64,000 bases of DNA, taken from contig JAFXFG010000011.1 in the NCBI GenBank assembly GCA_017520675.1, positions 469 through 64,468 of the forward strand, read 5' to 3'. The translations under genes and the position numbers were made by a program. This document shows, one piece after another, positions 48,972 through 57,900 of this stretch (the stretch's first letter is position 1; each line of letters opens with the position of its first letter). The stretch is from Alphaproteobacteria bacterium. Its GTDB lineage: Bacteria > Pseudomonadota > Alphaproteobacteria > Rs-D84. A model generated the notes under the pieces. That model saw nothing but the letters and a program-made list of their open reading frames with translations. It was not told the origin of the DNA and searched no databases.

Positions 48972-48976
48972 AAGGA

Positions 48977-51370
48977 GTGAAAATGTTTAAAAAAATAATT
49001 GGGAATGTGCGTTTTTTCCTAAAGCCAAAGGAATTCTGTAAAAAAATTGGTTTAAAATCGCGTGCAAATATTGTTGATTTAGTAACTTTTCCTGAGGAGG
49101 CGCGAAAATATATTTATGTGTCGTCTGATATTAAACAAAAATATAAGAGAATTGCTATTTTTGCGTCTTTTTCGTTTGATGGAACAATTCCTGATTATGT
49201 AATTTATTATTTGAGTGAGTTAAAGAAGGTTTGTGATGGAATAGTCTTTTTTGCTGATAATCCTGTAATTTTGTCAGAGATAGAAAAGATAAAACATCTT
49301 GTAATTTATGCGCAGTTTGAAAGACATAATGAATATGATTTTGGATCGTATAAACGTGGATATATGTGGTTGAAGCAAAAGGGGATGTTAGATCAATGTG
49401 AAGAGTTGTTAGTTTGTAATGATTCTTGTTATGGGCCGGTTTATCCATTAAGTAATGTTTTTGATCAAATGGATGTTAGATGTTGTGATTTTTGGGGGAT
49501 GATACAAAATGATGATGTTAATTATCACCTGCAGTCGTGGTTTTATGTTTTCAGAAAAAGTGTTTTGAAATCTGGTTTATTAGGTGATTTTTTAAAACAG
49601 GTTAAGCATCAAGATGATTTTTGGGATTATGTTTTTAAATATGAATTTCAATTGACTAAATTTTTAATTGATAAAGGTTTTTGTGCAGATGCTTATATGG
49701 GGTTAGGGCTTAAAAGATTCGAAAGTGCTTATCAAAAAAGTGGAAATCGTAATATAACTGTATTTCCGCTTACTCTAATCAAGGATTATAAATTACCGTT
49801 TATAAAAGTAAAATGTTTTAGTTGTGGTTTTAAACATTATTTGGAAGAGCAGCCACTGAATGTTTTAGGTTTTTTAAAAAGAATAAATCCAGAATTGAAT
49901 AATTGTATAATAAGAGATTTGGCTCGAAGAGATGTTCTTAATGGAATTTGTGAAAGAGATATTGATTTGCAAATTCAAAAGCATGATATAATTTCTTTTG
50001 ATATATTTGATACTTTGTTAATACGTCCGTATGTCAAACCAACGGATTTGTTTTGGCATTTAGAAAAAATTTATAATATTCCTGGTTTTGCCGAGGCGCG
50101 TATTGCCGCAGAATTGTATGCGCGAGAAAAAACGAGTAAGAAAGACGTTACGCTTGATGAAATATATGAAGTTTTATTGCCGAAATATCAAAAAGCTAAG
50201 GCGAAAGAATTAAAAATGGAAGAAAAATCTTTGAGAATAAATCCTTTGATATTTAAAGCCTATCAAAAGGCTGTAAGGCAAAAGAAAACTATTTTGATTG
50301 TGTCGGATATGTATTTGCCATCTAGCTTTTTAATAAAGGTTTTGAAACGAAATGGTGTTAATGTTTTTGATAGGATATATGTGTCTTGCGAGTATAATAA
50401 AACTAAGGCTGATGGTTCTTTGTTTGAGCAGGTGTTAACAGATTTTTCTGTTAATCCACGAAATATATTACATATTGGTGATAATGAGCATAGTGATGTA
50501 TATATGCCAAGAAGATATGATATAGATAGTTTTTGTGTGTCTAAATATATTGATTTGTTTTTTGCTTGGTATGGAAATGCAAAATATAAAAATTTTTATG
50601 AACAAAAATCAGATTTTATGCGCAGTTATTTGGTTTCATTGATGGCTCAAAATCAACTAAATACAGAAATGTCGTATTGGCAGCAGGTTGGTTATAATTT
50701 GGCAGGACCATTAGGTTTGGGATATGTTCAACTGATATTAAAGGAAGTAAAGTTGAATGATATTGATACTTTGTTATTTGTTTCTAGGGATGGTTATTTG
50801 TTGCAAAAAGTCTATAATAAGATTTGTGAAAAGCCGGTCGCAAATACTTACATATATGCACCAAGAATATTAAATTTAAAATTGTTTGGCGATTATGCTA
50901 ATCAGCCAGAATATTTACGGGCATATATGGATATGTTAAAAGGTGTTTGTTTGAAAAATGAAAATGTCGATTGTAAAAAAATGGATGATTTTATTCATAT
51001 GTATAATGATGAAATTGTTGATTGGCATAAAAAAAATAAAAAAGACTATATTAGTTACATTAAGTCGTTAAATATTTCGGGAAAGAATATAGCGTCTGTT
51101 GATATGACTACAGGGGCTTATACGTCCCAGAAAATACTTCAAAGAATTTTTGATGATAGATATAAAATGTCTTTTTATAGTGCGTGTTTTCGAAAAACAC
51201 AGGAATTTAAGCATGTGTCGTATTTGAAAAAAGAAATCCTTCCTGATGTGCAGGAGTGTATAATTAATATTATGGAATTGTTAATTACTGCCCCAGAACC
51301 GCCGGTTGTTGATATCAAAAATAAAAACCTGTGTATAAGGATTTTAATGCCTATGATGAGGAACGTATAA
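48977..51370 (+). CDS. RgpF-like glycosyltransferase fused to a HAD-like domain (possibly frameshifted at its 3' end)
   Basis: IAIFASFSFDG..YYLSEL, HNEYDFGSYKRGY (RgpF). SFDIFDTLLIRP (HAD motif I). GTG start behind TAAGGAG. Confidence 0.7.
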   Translation: MKMFKKIIGNVRFFLKPKEFCKKIGLKSRANIVDLVTFPEEARKYIYVSSDIKQKYKRIAIFASFSFDGTIPDYVIYYLSELKKVCDGIVFFADNPVILSEIEKIKHLVIYAQFERHNEYDFGSYKRGYMWLKQKGMLDQCEELLVCNDSCYGPVYPLSNVFDQMDVRCCDFWGMIQNDDVNYHLQSWFYVFRKSVLKSGLLGDFLKQVKHQDDFWDYVFKYEFQLTKFLIDKGFCADAYMGLGLKRFESAYQKSGNRNITVFPLTLIKDYKLPFIKVKCFSCGFKHYLEEQPLNVLGFLKRINPELNNCIIRDLARRDVLNGICERDIDLQIQKHDIISFDIFDTLLIRPYVKPTDLFWHLEKIYNIPGFAEARIAAELYAREKTSKKDVTLDEIYEVLLPKYQKAKAKELKMEEKSLRINPLIFKAYQKAVRQKKTILIVSDMYLPSSFLIKVLKRNGVNVFDRIYVSCEYNKTKADGSLFEQVLTDFSVNPRNILHIGDNEHSDVYMPRRYDIDSFCVSKYIDLFFAWYGNAKYKNFYEQKSDFMRSYLVSLMAQNQLNTEMSYWQQVGYNLAGPLGLGYVQLILKEVKLNDIDTLLFVSRDGYLLQKVYNKICEKPVANTYIYAPRILNLKLFGDYANQPEYLRAYMDMLKGVCLKNENVDCKKMDDFIHMYNDEIVDWHKKNKKDYISYIKSLNISGKNIASVDMTTGAYTSQKILQRIFDDRYKMSFYSACFRKTQEFKHVSYLKKEILPDVQECIINIMELLITAPEPPVVDIKNKNLCIRILMPMMRNV

Positions 51371-51768
51371 GAATTTTAAAGGATGTTGAAGTTGGAGTGA
51401 TGAGGTTTATAGAAGATTTTTGCTCTGCGTGTGGTATGAGCGTTTATGAAACACCGTTTGAAATATCTATAGATGATGTATTACATTTGTTTGAATGTTT
51501 TTGCTCGACCTTGTCAAATGCAGATAGGACATATTTTAAACGTGTTTATCATAGTGCAGATATAGAAAATAAAAAATTTGTGTCTTTGTTAGACCAGATA
51601 GATGCTTGTTTTGGGGCTGGGTCGATGGTGTCCGACAATGATAAACAAGACTATAAAAAAACAAAATGTAAAAATAAATTAAAATTATTTTTGTTTTTTC
51701 CGTATTATTTAATTGCTGTATTTTTGTTGCGTATAAAAATTAATAAAATAATACATGAAAAAAAATAA
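51331..51768 (+). CDS. probable C-terminal continuation of the preceding gene in the -1 frame
   Basis: Overlaps the previous ORF by 40 nt. No own RBS. Ends with KLKLFLFFPYY anchor motif like that in the giant GT (RLKSYLLFPYY). Confidence 0.4.
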   Translation: MYKDFNAYDEERIRILKDVEVGVMRFIEDFCSACGMSVYETPFEISIDDVLHLFECFCSTLSNADRTYFKRVYHSADIENKKFVSLLDQIDACFGAGSMVSDNDKQDYKKTKCKNKLKLFLFFPYYLIAVFLLRIKINKIIHEKK

Positions 51769-51774
51769 AAAGAG

Positions 51775-51848
51775 TGGTGCCCTAAGCAAGAATCGGACTT
51801 GCGACTCGTCCTTACCAAGGACGTGTTTTACCACTAGACTATTAGGGC
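51775..51848 (-). tRNA. tRNA-Thr (GGU) with T-loop TCCGATT and one D-stem mismatch
   Basis: Reverse complement GCCCTAA-TA-GTCT..AAAC-A-CGTCC-TTGGTAA-GGACG-AGTC-GCAAG-TCCGATT-CTTGC-TTAGGGC-ACCA. Confidence 0.75.
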
Positions 51849-51919
51849 GGTTAAAAACAAAGGTATTATACGGATATGCAAATAAAAATCAAGAACAAAT
51901 AAATAATATGTCTGTATTT

Positions 51920-52306
51920 TTACATCGCGCGTAGTAGATAGCCGCGCTTGAACATACATTTGCGATATGCGCCGATTGGCTTTGATGCAGCATTACGGGG
52001 GACGGATAATAAACTGCGTTGACCAGCATCGCGGTATTCGTTCGATTGAAAGGTTACCCACAGACCATCCCAATCAGGCATTAGACCAGATTGATTGGGG
52101 GCAAGAAATTTTGATATTCGTGAACGGGGTTGGTGTGCCTGACGCGTTATGCCAAGACAGGACTTGTGATCGCGTACAAACTGTTCGGTCGTTACGGCTT
52201 CGTTTTCCCAGTTTAATATCGTTGCATTGTCAATGTTACCACGATTGACAGATGCACATGATGCAAGGGTTAGTGTTAAAAATACTAGTGGGATTTTTAT
52301 TCTCAT
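51920..52306 (-). CDS. lipoprotein, unknown function
   Basis: Lipobox LTLASC. Confidence 0.55.
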   Translation of the reverse strand: MRIKIPLVFLTLTLASCASVNRGNIDNATILNWENEAVTTEQFVRDHKSCLGITRQAHQPRSRISKFLAPNQSGLMPDWDGLWVTFQSNEYRDAGQRSLLSVPRNAASKPIGAYRKCMFKRGYLLRAM

Positions 52307-52382
52307 GCTTAGTATTATAATTTAATTGCCTTTTTGTGGCAATAGTTTTTATAATGTAAAAAAAGAGAGAAAGGATATTCAA

Positions 52383-52706
52383 ATGGCGATAACCGTTCAG
52401 CGATTTGTTAAATTAGCAAATTATTATAATCAAACCGCAATGTTGATGTCTGCAATCTGTGTTCAAAAGGGCGGAATTGCAATTGAAAACTATGTGGGAC
52501 GCTTTTATATGGCTGATGTTTTAGAGTATGTCTTGGAATATGGACGCAGGTTGGTTGCCCAAAATAAGAATGTTGCGCCAGAGGTGGTGGCTTTGATTAA
52601 TAGGTTGGCGGCGCAATTCGAAAAAGTGAAAAGTTTAACAACACCTACGCAGAAACCGTTTCATGAAATGACACTAGAAGAGTTTGAAAAAATTATGAAT
52701 ATCTAA
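52383..52706 (+). CDS. hypothetical protein
   Basis: ATG at 52383 behind AAAGGA. 107 aa. Confidence 0.45.
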   Translation: MAITVQRFVKLANYYNQTAMLMSAICVQKGGIAIENYVGRFYMADVLEYVLEYGRRLVAQNKNVAPEVVALINRLAAQFEKVKSLTTPTQKPFHEMTLEEFEKIMNI

Positions 52707-52732
52707 TATAATATAAATTAGAAAAAGGATTT

Positions 52733-54064
52733 ATGATGAATGTTCTGAAATTTATGTTGCTGGGATTATTTGTTGTTGGGGGATTGGTGGCATGTCAGCA
52801 ACAGGTGCAACAGCCGTTGTTTGATAATGTAACCGTTGTTGATGAATTGGTGATTGATGAAAACTCTGTGCCGATTTTTCCCAAAAAAGCAGCGCTGACA
52901 ACAGATACCGCACGCAGATTTTCTGTGGAACTGCCCAGACGGTGCGAGGTGGATTGGGATAATCAAACGGTTGTGTCTGTGGTGCCGGCGGAAAAAGTTG
53001 AAATTGTTAGGCTGGGGGTTGGTGATGCGTTGCCTGATTTGCAAGTGTCGGATTATGAATTTAAAAATCTGACTGTTAAACGCGCGTTGGATAAATTATT
53101 AGAAGGAACAGATATCGCAGTCGTTGAAGATGAACCTTTGTATGAAAAAATTACGGGGACTATTTCGGCAGGCTCGTTGGCGGATGCGGTAGAATTAATG
53201 ACTAAGATGGGGCGGGTTTATTATTCGTATGACGCGTATAATGGTGAAATTCATTTGAAGCATCAAGCAAAATGGCTGGTGAAAATGCCACAAAATGAAA
53301 CTATTATTATGGCGTTGTTAGATGCTATGCATGGGGCAGATATGCGTAACTTGTTGGTGGATTGGCAAGATAAAACCCTGATATTCCAAGGAAACTATCA
53401 AACAGAGCGCGAGGTTGAAAAAATAGTTGCTGATATTGCAGGAAAAAAATATATGTTGGCGTGGGATATTGATATCTATCGTGTTTATCCAAGAACCGAT
53501 AATCCAATTGTTTGGATGAATTTATTGCCGGCGTTTGGTGAAAATAATATTAAAATGTCTGTTCCTGGGGTTGTGGGGCGCGCCTTGGTTGTTGGACCAG
53601 AAATTAATACAAAAACTTTGCAGGAATTTATGTCGCAACAGGCAAATGTTGTTCTGGTGTCGCAGGGAACATTTGCAATACCAAATGGATGGCAGTCCCG
53701 ATTTGATATTGGACAGTGTAGTAAAGAGGAAAGGCTGGAAACTGATTTGATTGTTGGGGCAACTGCAACATATGCTGATATGGCAGGACGCAAAAAAATA
53801 GATGCAAAAATTGTTCTGCGTACAAGTAATGGCGAATTGTCTTCGTTTAATATCCCAAGTAGTGTAGGTGATAATTATGTTATTATTGGTATTCCAACAC
53901 ATTCATTTGTAACAACACCTGAAACATTGGTGTCGCCATTTGCAGAATTAGTGGTGTTTATGTCGCCACGTGTTATTTCAATTGTTGATACGCAAAGCGG
54001 GGATTTTGCCGGCGCAAATGAACTGATTGGTGATGCTTTGCGTGATTACTTGGATGAAGAATAG
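52733..54064 (+). CDS. secretin-family outer-membrane lipoprotein (PilN/BfpB-like class)
   Basis: Lipobox GGLVAC. STN-like FKNLTVKRALDKLLEGTDIAVV. Secretin C-domain pattern QQANVVLVSQGTFAIPNG...VGDNYVIIGIP...ELVVFMSPRVI. Confidence 0.5.
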   Translation: MMNVLKFMLLGLFVVGGLVACQQQVQQPLFDNVTVVDELVIDENSVPIFPKKAALTTDTARRFSVELPRRCEVDWDNQTVVSVVPAEKVEIVRLGVGDALPDLQVSDYEFKNLTVKRALDKLLEGTDIAVVEDEPLYEKITGTISAGSLADAVELMTKMGRVYYSYDAYNGEIHLKHQAKWLVKMPQNETIIMALLDAMHGADMRNLLVDWQDKTLIFQGNYQTEREVEKIVADIAGKKYMLAWDIDIYRVYPRTDNPIVWMNLLPAFGENNIKMSVPGVVGRALVVGPEINTKTLQEFMSQQANVVLVSQGTFAIPNGWQSRFDIGQCSKEERLETDLIVGATATYADMAGRKKIDAKIVLRTSNGELSSFNIPSSVGDNYVIIGIPTHSFVTTPETLVSPFAELVVFMSPRVISIVDTQSGDFAGANELIGDALRDYLDEE

Positions 54065-54073
54065 GGTGTTTAG

Positions 54074-55327
54074 ATGTTTTCAAAACTAGAAAGAAAAATT
54101 GCTTTTAGATATCTGGGCGCGAAAAAACGCGGTTTTGGTTCAGTGATATCTTGGGTGTCTTTGTTGGGGATTATGCTGGGTGTGGCGACCTTGATTGTCG
54201 TTATGTCTGTAATGGGCGGTTTTCATGATACCTTGTTAAGTCGTATCGTGGGAATGAATGGGCATGTGGTTGTTTATCATCAAGATGGACCAATTTCTGA
54301 TTTTGATTTCTTGATTGATAAAATGAAACAAAACAAGGTTGTGGAAAAAAATGCTGTGGCGATTGTGCCGATTGCCGAAGGGCAGGTTATGGCAACTGCA
54401 AATGGTAATAATACAGGGGCAATGATACGTGGTATCAGAATGTCTGATTTGATGGCAAAAACACAGGCGGGAACACGTATTTATGGAAAAAAACTGACAG
54501 ATATCAAAGATGGCGAATTGGTCGCAGGGGCTGCATTGACGCGTGCGTTGCGTGTTTCGATGGGGGATAAAATATCGCTGGTTTCTGCGAATGCAGCAAC
54601 ACCAACACCGTTTGGTTCAATGCCCAGAATTATGGCGTATCCGGTTATGAGTTCTTTCTTTATGGGTATGTATGAATACGATTCTGGTTATGTGTTTATG
54701 CCGCTGGAAACAGCGCAAAAGTATTTGAATATTGGTAATGCAGTGACGCATGTTGATGTGTTCTTGGAAAATCCAGAAGATACAACCGCGGTTGTAGAAT
54801 CGTTGGCGACATTATTGCCTGATGGTTTTGTTGTGCGGGATTGGCGTGATTTGAACCGCGGATTTGTTGGTGCACTGCAGGTGGAATCAAATGTTATGTT
54901 TCTTATCTTGCTGTTGATTGTTATTGTGGCGGCATTTAATATCGTTTCGTCTTTGGTTATGTTGGTCAAAGATAAAAATAAAGATATTGCTGTTTTGCGA
55001 ACATTTGGGGTTTCGCGAAAATCAATGATGAAGATTTTTATGCTGTCAGGTACAAGTATCGGTATAATCGGTGCCTTCTTTGGAACAATATTGGGGGTGG
55101 TTGTTGCGATTTATATTGAACCAATTCGTCAGTTCTTTCAATGGTTGACAGGACGTGATTTGTTTCCTGCGGAATTATATTATTTGTCAGAATTGCCATC
55201 AAAATTAGTTTGGATGGATGTTGTGGGAATTGCCTTGATTGCGATATTGCTGGCATTCTTGGCAACATTGTATCCTGCGTGGAAGGCAGCAAACACAGAA
55301 CCGGTAGAGGTGTTGAGAAATGAGTAA
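54074..55327 (+). CDS. lolC: lipoprotein-releasing ABC transporter permease LolC/LolE
   Basis: 417 aa. N-terminal IAFRYLGAKKRGF, MacB-type 4-TM topology with a large periplasmic loop. Confidence 0.85.
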   Translation: MFSKLERKIAFRYLGAKKRGFGSVISWVSLLGIMLGVATLIVVMSVMGGFHDTLLSRIVGMNGHVVVYHQDGPISDFDFLIDKMKQNKVVEKNAVAIVPIAEGQVMATANGNNTGAMIRGIRMSDLMAKTQAGTRIYGKKLTDIKDGELVAGAALTRALRVSMGDKISLVSANAATPTPFGSMPRIMAYPVMSSFFMGMYEYDSGYVFMPLETAQKYLNIGNAVTHVDVFLENPEDTTAVVESLATLLPDGFVVRDWRDLNRGFVGALQVESNVMFLILLLIVIVAAFNIVSSLVMLVKDKNKDIAVLRTFGVSRKSMMKIFMLSGTSIGIIGAFFGTILGVVVAIYIEPIRQFFQWLTGRDLFPAELYYLSELPSKLVWMDVVGIALIAILLAFLATLYPAWKAANTEPVEVLRNE

Positions 55328-55340
55328 AGGGTGTTAATAA

Positions 55341-56051
55341 ATGGCTGATATTTTAAGTTCTTTATCAAAAATTCAAAGCGCAGATGTCGTTATGTCGGTG
55401 CGTGATATCAAAAAGACTTTTATCGAAGGGGGACAGCCTTTGCACATATTGCGTGGGGGTGGATTTGATTTGCATCGTGGGGAAATTATCGCAATGGTTG
55501 GGCCATCGGGGTCTGGGAAATCAACCTTGTTGCAATGTGTTGGATTATTAGATAAACCAAGTGGGGGCAGTATTTTAATTGGGGGCAGTGCAGTTCAGAA
55601 AATGGATGAAGATATGCGCACTAATATACGAAGAAAAAAAATTGGATTTGTGTATCAAAAACATAACTTGTTGTCTGATTTTACTGCGCTGGAAAATGTG
55701 ATGTTGCCAATGATGGCAGATGGTGTGGCAGAAGATGTCGCGCAGGCGCGTGCAATGAAATTACTGCGCGCGGCAAATGTTGCACACAGGGCGACACACC
55801 TGCCGGGGGAAATGAGTGGCGGTGAACAACAACGTACAGCAGTTGCGCGTGCGCTGGCAAATAATCCTGATATTTTGTTGGCGGATGAACCAACGGGCAG
55901 TCTGGACCCACAGCATGCAGGCGCGGTATTTGAATTGTTGCTGGATTTGGTTCGAAAAAGTAAAATGTCAATGTTGTTCGTGACACACGATATGAATTTG
56001 GCTGCGCGTGCAGACCGAAAAATTACAATTAACAACGGAATTGTATTGTGA
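55341..56051 (+). CDS. lolD: lipoprotein-releasing system ATP-binding protein
   Basis: GPSGSGKST, MSGGEQQR, LLADEPTG. Confidence 0.88.
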   Translation: MADILSSLSKIQSADVVMSVRDIKKTFIEGGQPLHILRGGGFDLHRGEIIAMVGPSGSGKSTLLQCVGLLDKPSGGSILIGGSAVQKMDEDMRTNIRRKKIGFVYQKHNLLSDFTALENVMLPMMADGVAEDVAQARAMKLLRAANVAHRATHLPGEMSGGEQQRTAVARALANNPDILLADEPTGSLDPQHAGAVFELLLDLVRKSKMSMLFVTHDMNLAARADRKITINNGIVL

Positions 56052-56076
56052 TATAATAAAAAATAAGAGAGAGAAA

Positions 56077-56946
56077 ATGAAATCAGAAAAAAGAATTTCA
56101 GTAGTTCATACACCGATGCAACGTCTGTGGGGAATCTTGGCGTTGGGTGCGTTGTTTGCATGCGGATTGATGGTTGGTATGGGGGTTGGTAAAAAGTCTG
56201 AAAATACCATTCAGTGGTCTAAATATGATTGCAACTCGTTTATGTCAGACTTGAAGGATGCATTACGTAGCGAGAAGGTATCCGCAGAAAAGATAGAGGA
56301 ATTAAAAAAGACTTATATTGAATTTTGTGGCAACTTGGAAAAAGAAGAACCAAAGCCGGTTGTTAATGAAGTAAAAAAAGTAGATGAATCAAAAAAACCT
56401 TGTCAGATTATCGAAGAAATGTTGTTGGAACAACTGGAACCAGAAGGTGCGCCATATATAGAGTTGCATGAACAAAATGTCAGGATTTATGAAAAATTGG
56501 TTATGAATGGCTGTTCTGAAAATCAAATGAAATATCATAAAAGAATTCAACGCGAACAGGAATTTATCAAAGCGTTGGGCGAAACTGTGTCAACAAAAGA
56601 AACGTGTCAGCAGATTGAAGATTCTTTGTTAGGCAGATTGCCTTATGCAGATTCAGGAACATATGCAGAAGAACGTATCGTGCGTGCAAAAATATATGCA
56701 AACCTGTCAGAACGTGGATGTCCACAAAATTCCCAGAAATATGTTGAATTGGCAAAACAGGAATTGGAAATTGCACGTGCGCTGGAAGATGATGAATTTG
56801 ATGAAGATGACGCAATAGAAGTTGTCGAAACTTATAAACGTTTGAATATGCAGGCGGCAGCACAGGAAATTCTGGATACTGCGAAAAAATTAACAGACCC
56901 TGCAATAGACTTTATCTTGGAATTGGAAAAAATTATAAATCAATAA
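56077..56946 (+). CDS. membrane-anchored protein with an internal ~63-aa duplication
   Basis: ATG at 56077. Repeats CQIIEEMLLEQL..GCSENQMKY..IKAL and CQQIEDSLLGRL..GCPQNSQKY..ARAL. Confidence 0.55.
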   Translation: MKSEKRISVVHTPMQRLWGILALGALFACGLMVGMGVGKKSENTIQWSKYDCNSFMSDLKDALRSEKVSAEKIEELKKTYIEFCGNLEKEEPKPVVNEVKKVDESKKPCQIIEEMLLEQLEPEGAPYIELHEQNVRIYEKLVMNGCSENQMKYHKRIQREQEFIKALGETVSTKETCQQIEDSLLGRLPYADSGTYAEERIVRAKIYANLSERGCPQNSQKYVELAKQELEIARALEDDEFDEDDAIEVVETYKRLNMQAAAQEILDTAKKLTDPAIDFILELEKIINQ

Positions 56947-56959
56947 AAGGAATGATTAG

Positions 56960-57604
56960 ATGAAATATTTAGTCGCTTTGCTGTGTGCTGTTTTAACAAC
57001 ATCTGTGATGGCAGATGAAGAAGTTGTCGCAGGGGTTGCAGACCGTATGACTTGCGCTGATATTCAGCAAAGAATTTCTGAGTTGTCATCATCAGAAGAA
57101 GAACCTGATGAATCTATCATGAAAGAAATCGCAAAATTAAAAGCGGACTATCGTCGCAGTTGTACAAAAAGTGCAGGCGGACGGCGAACTGCGGCGGCAT
57201 CGCGTGTTGTAGTGCAAGTAAATACTAATGTTGTAGAAGATTCTGATGAAAAACAGGATGATGATATAGAACAGGAAGAAATTGTAGAAGAGGTTGAGGT
57301 TCTAGAGGAAGTAAAAACACCTGAGAAGGTAATAAAAAAACAACCTAAGAAGTCAGAATCAGAACAAACAGAAGAAGAGAGTTTTGATGATGCTGAGGTG
57401 CTTGATTCTGAACAGGTGTTAGAACAGGATTTGATGGAAACCGTAGAACAGGAATTAGCAAATTTAGATTCGGGACTTTGTGCAGATGGAACAGAACCAA
57501 ATAAATATGGTTGCTGTGGTAGTGAGATATTTAAGGATTTGGGTGGTATGGTTTTTGCATGTTGTCCAAGGGGTGGTGGTGATTGTTTCCCACCAATTAA
57601 GTAA
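56960..57604 (+). CDS. exported acidic protein with a C-terminal 6-Cys module ending CFPPIK
   Basis: Signal peptide ALLCAVLTTSVMA, E/D-rich linker, GLCADGTEPNKYGCCGSEIFKDLGGMVFACCPRGGGDCFPPIK. Confidence 0.6.
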   Translation: MKYLVALLCAVLTTSVMADEEVVAGVADRMTCADIQQRISELSSSEEEPDESIMKEIAKLKADYRRSCTKSAGGRRTAAASRVVVQVNTNVVEDSDEKQDDDIEQEEIVEEVEVLEEVKTPEKVIKKQPKKSESEQTEEESFDDAEVLDSEQVLEQDLMETVEQELANLDSGLCADGTEPNKYGCCGSEIFKDLGGMVFACCPRGGGDCFPPIK

Positions 57605-57672
57605 ATAAAAATTGTGTATACAATACTGAAAAAGTATTGTTGTTCCAAGGAGATAATTAAAAGGTTGCGTTT

Positions 57673-57900
57673 ATGAAAAAATATATATTTATAATCATTT
57701 CATTTTTCTTGGGGTTTTGTTTGGGCCTTGTTGTGGATTCTTTGCCAAAATGGTTTAATTTTTCTGATGCGTTATGTCTTGATGGTACGCAACCTGACAA
57801 AAATGGATGTTGCGAAGGGGAATTATATACTGATATGGGTGATTTAGGATTTAACTGTTGTCCGGAAGTAGGGGGCGACTGTTTTCCCCCAATCAAATAA
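57673..57900 (+). CDS. small exported or anchored protein with the same 6-Cys module
   Basis: 75 aa. ALCLDGTQPDKNGCCEGELYTDMGDLGFNCCPEVGGDCFPPIK. Confidence 0.55.
   Translation: MKKYIFIIISFFLGFCLGLVVDSLPKWFNFSDALCLDGTQPDKNGCCEGELYTDMGDLGFNCCPEVGGDCFPPIK

Noticed and set aside
55655-56161. 168-aa and 101-aa minus-strand ORFs over lolD
   Set aside because: They are antisense to a well-supported ABC ATPase.
57148-57896. Minus-strand ORFs 57148..57648 and 57657..57896
   Set aside because: They are antisense to the two CFPPIK-module genes. Their Ser-rich composition mirrors the acidic linker on the sense strand.
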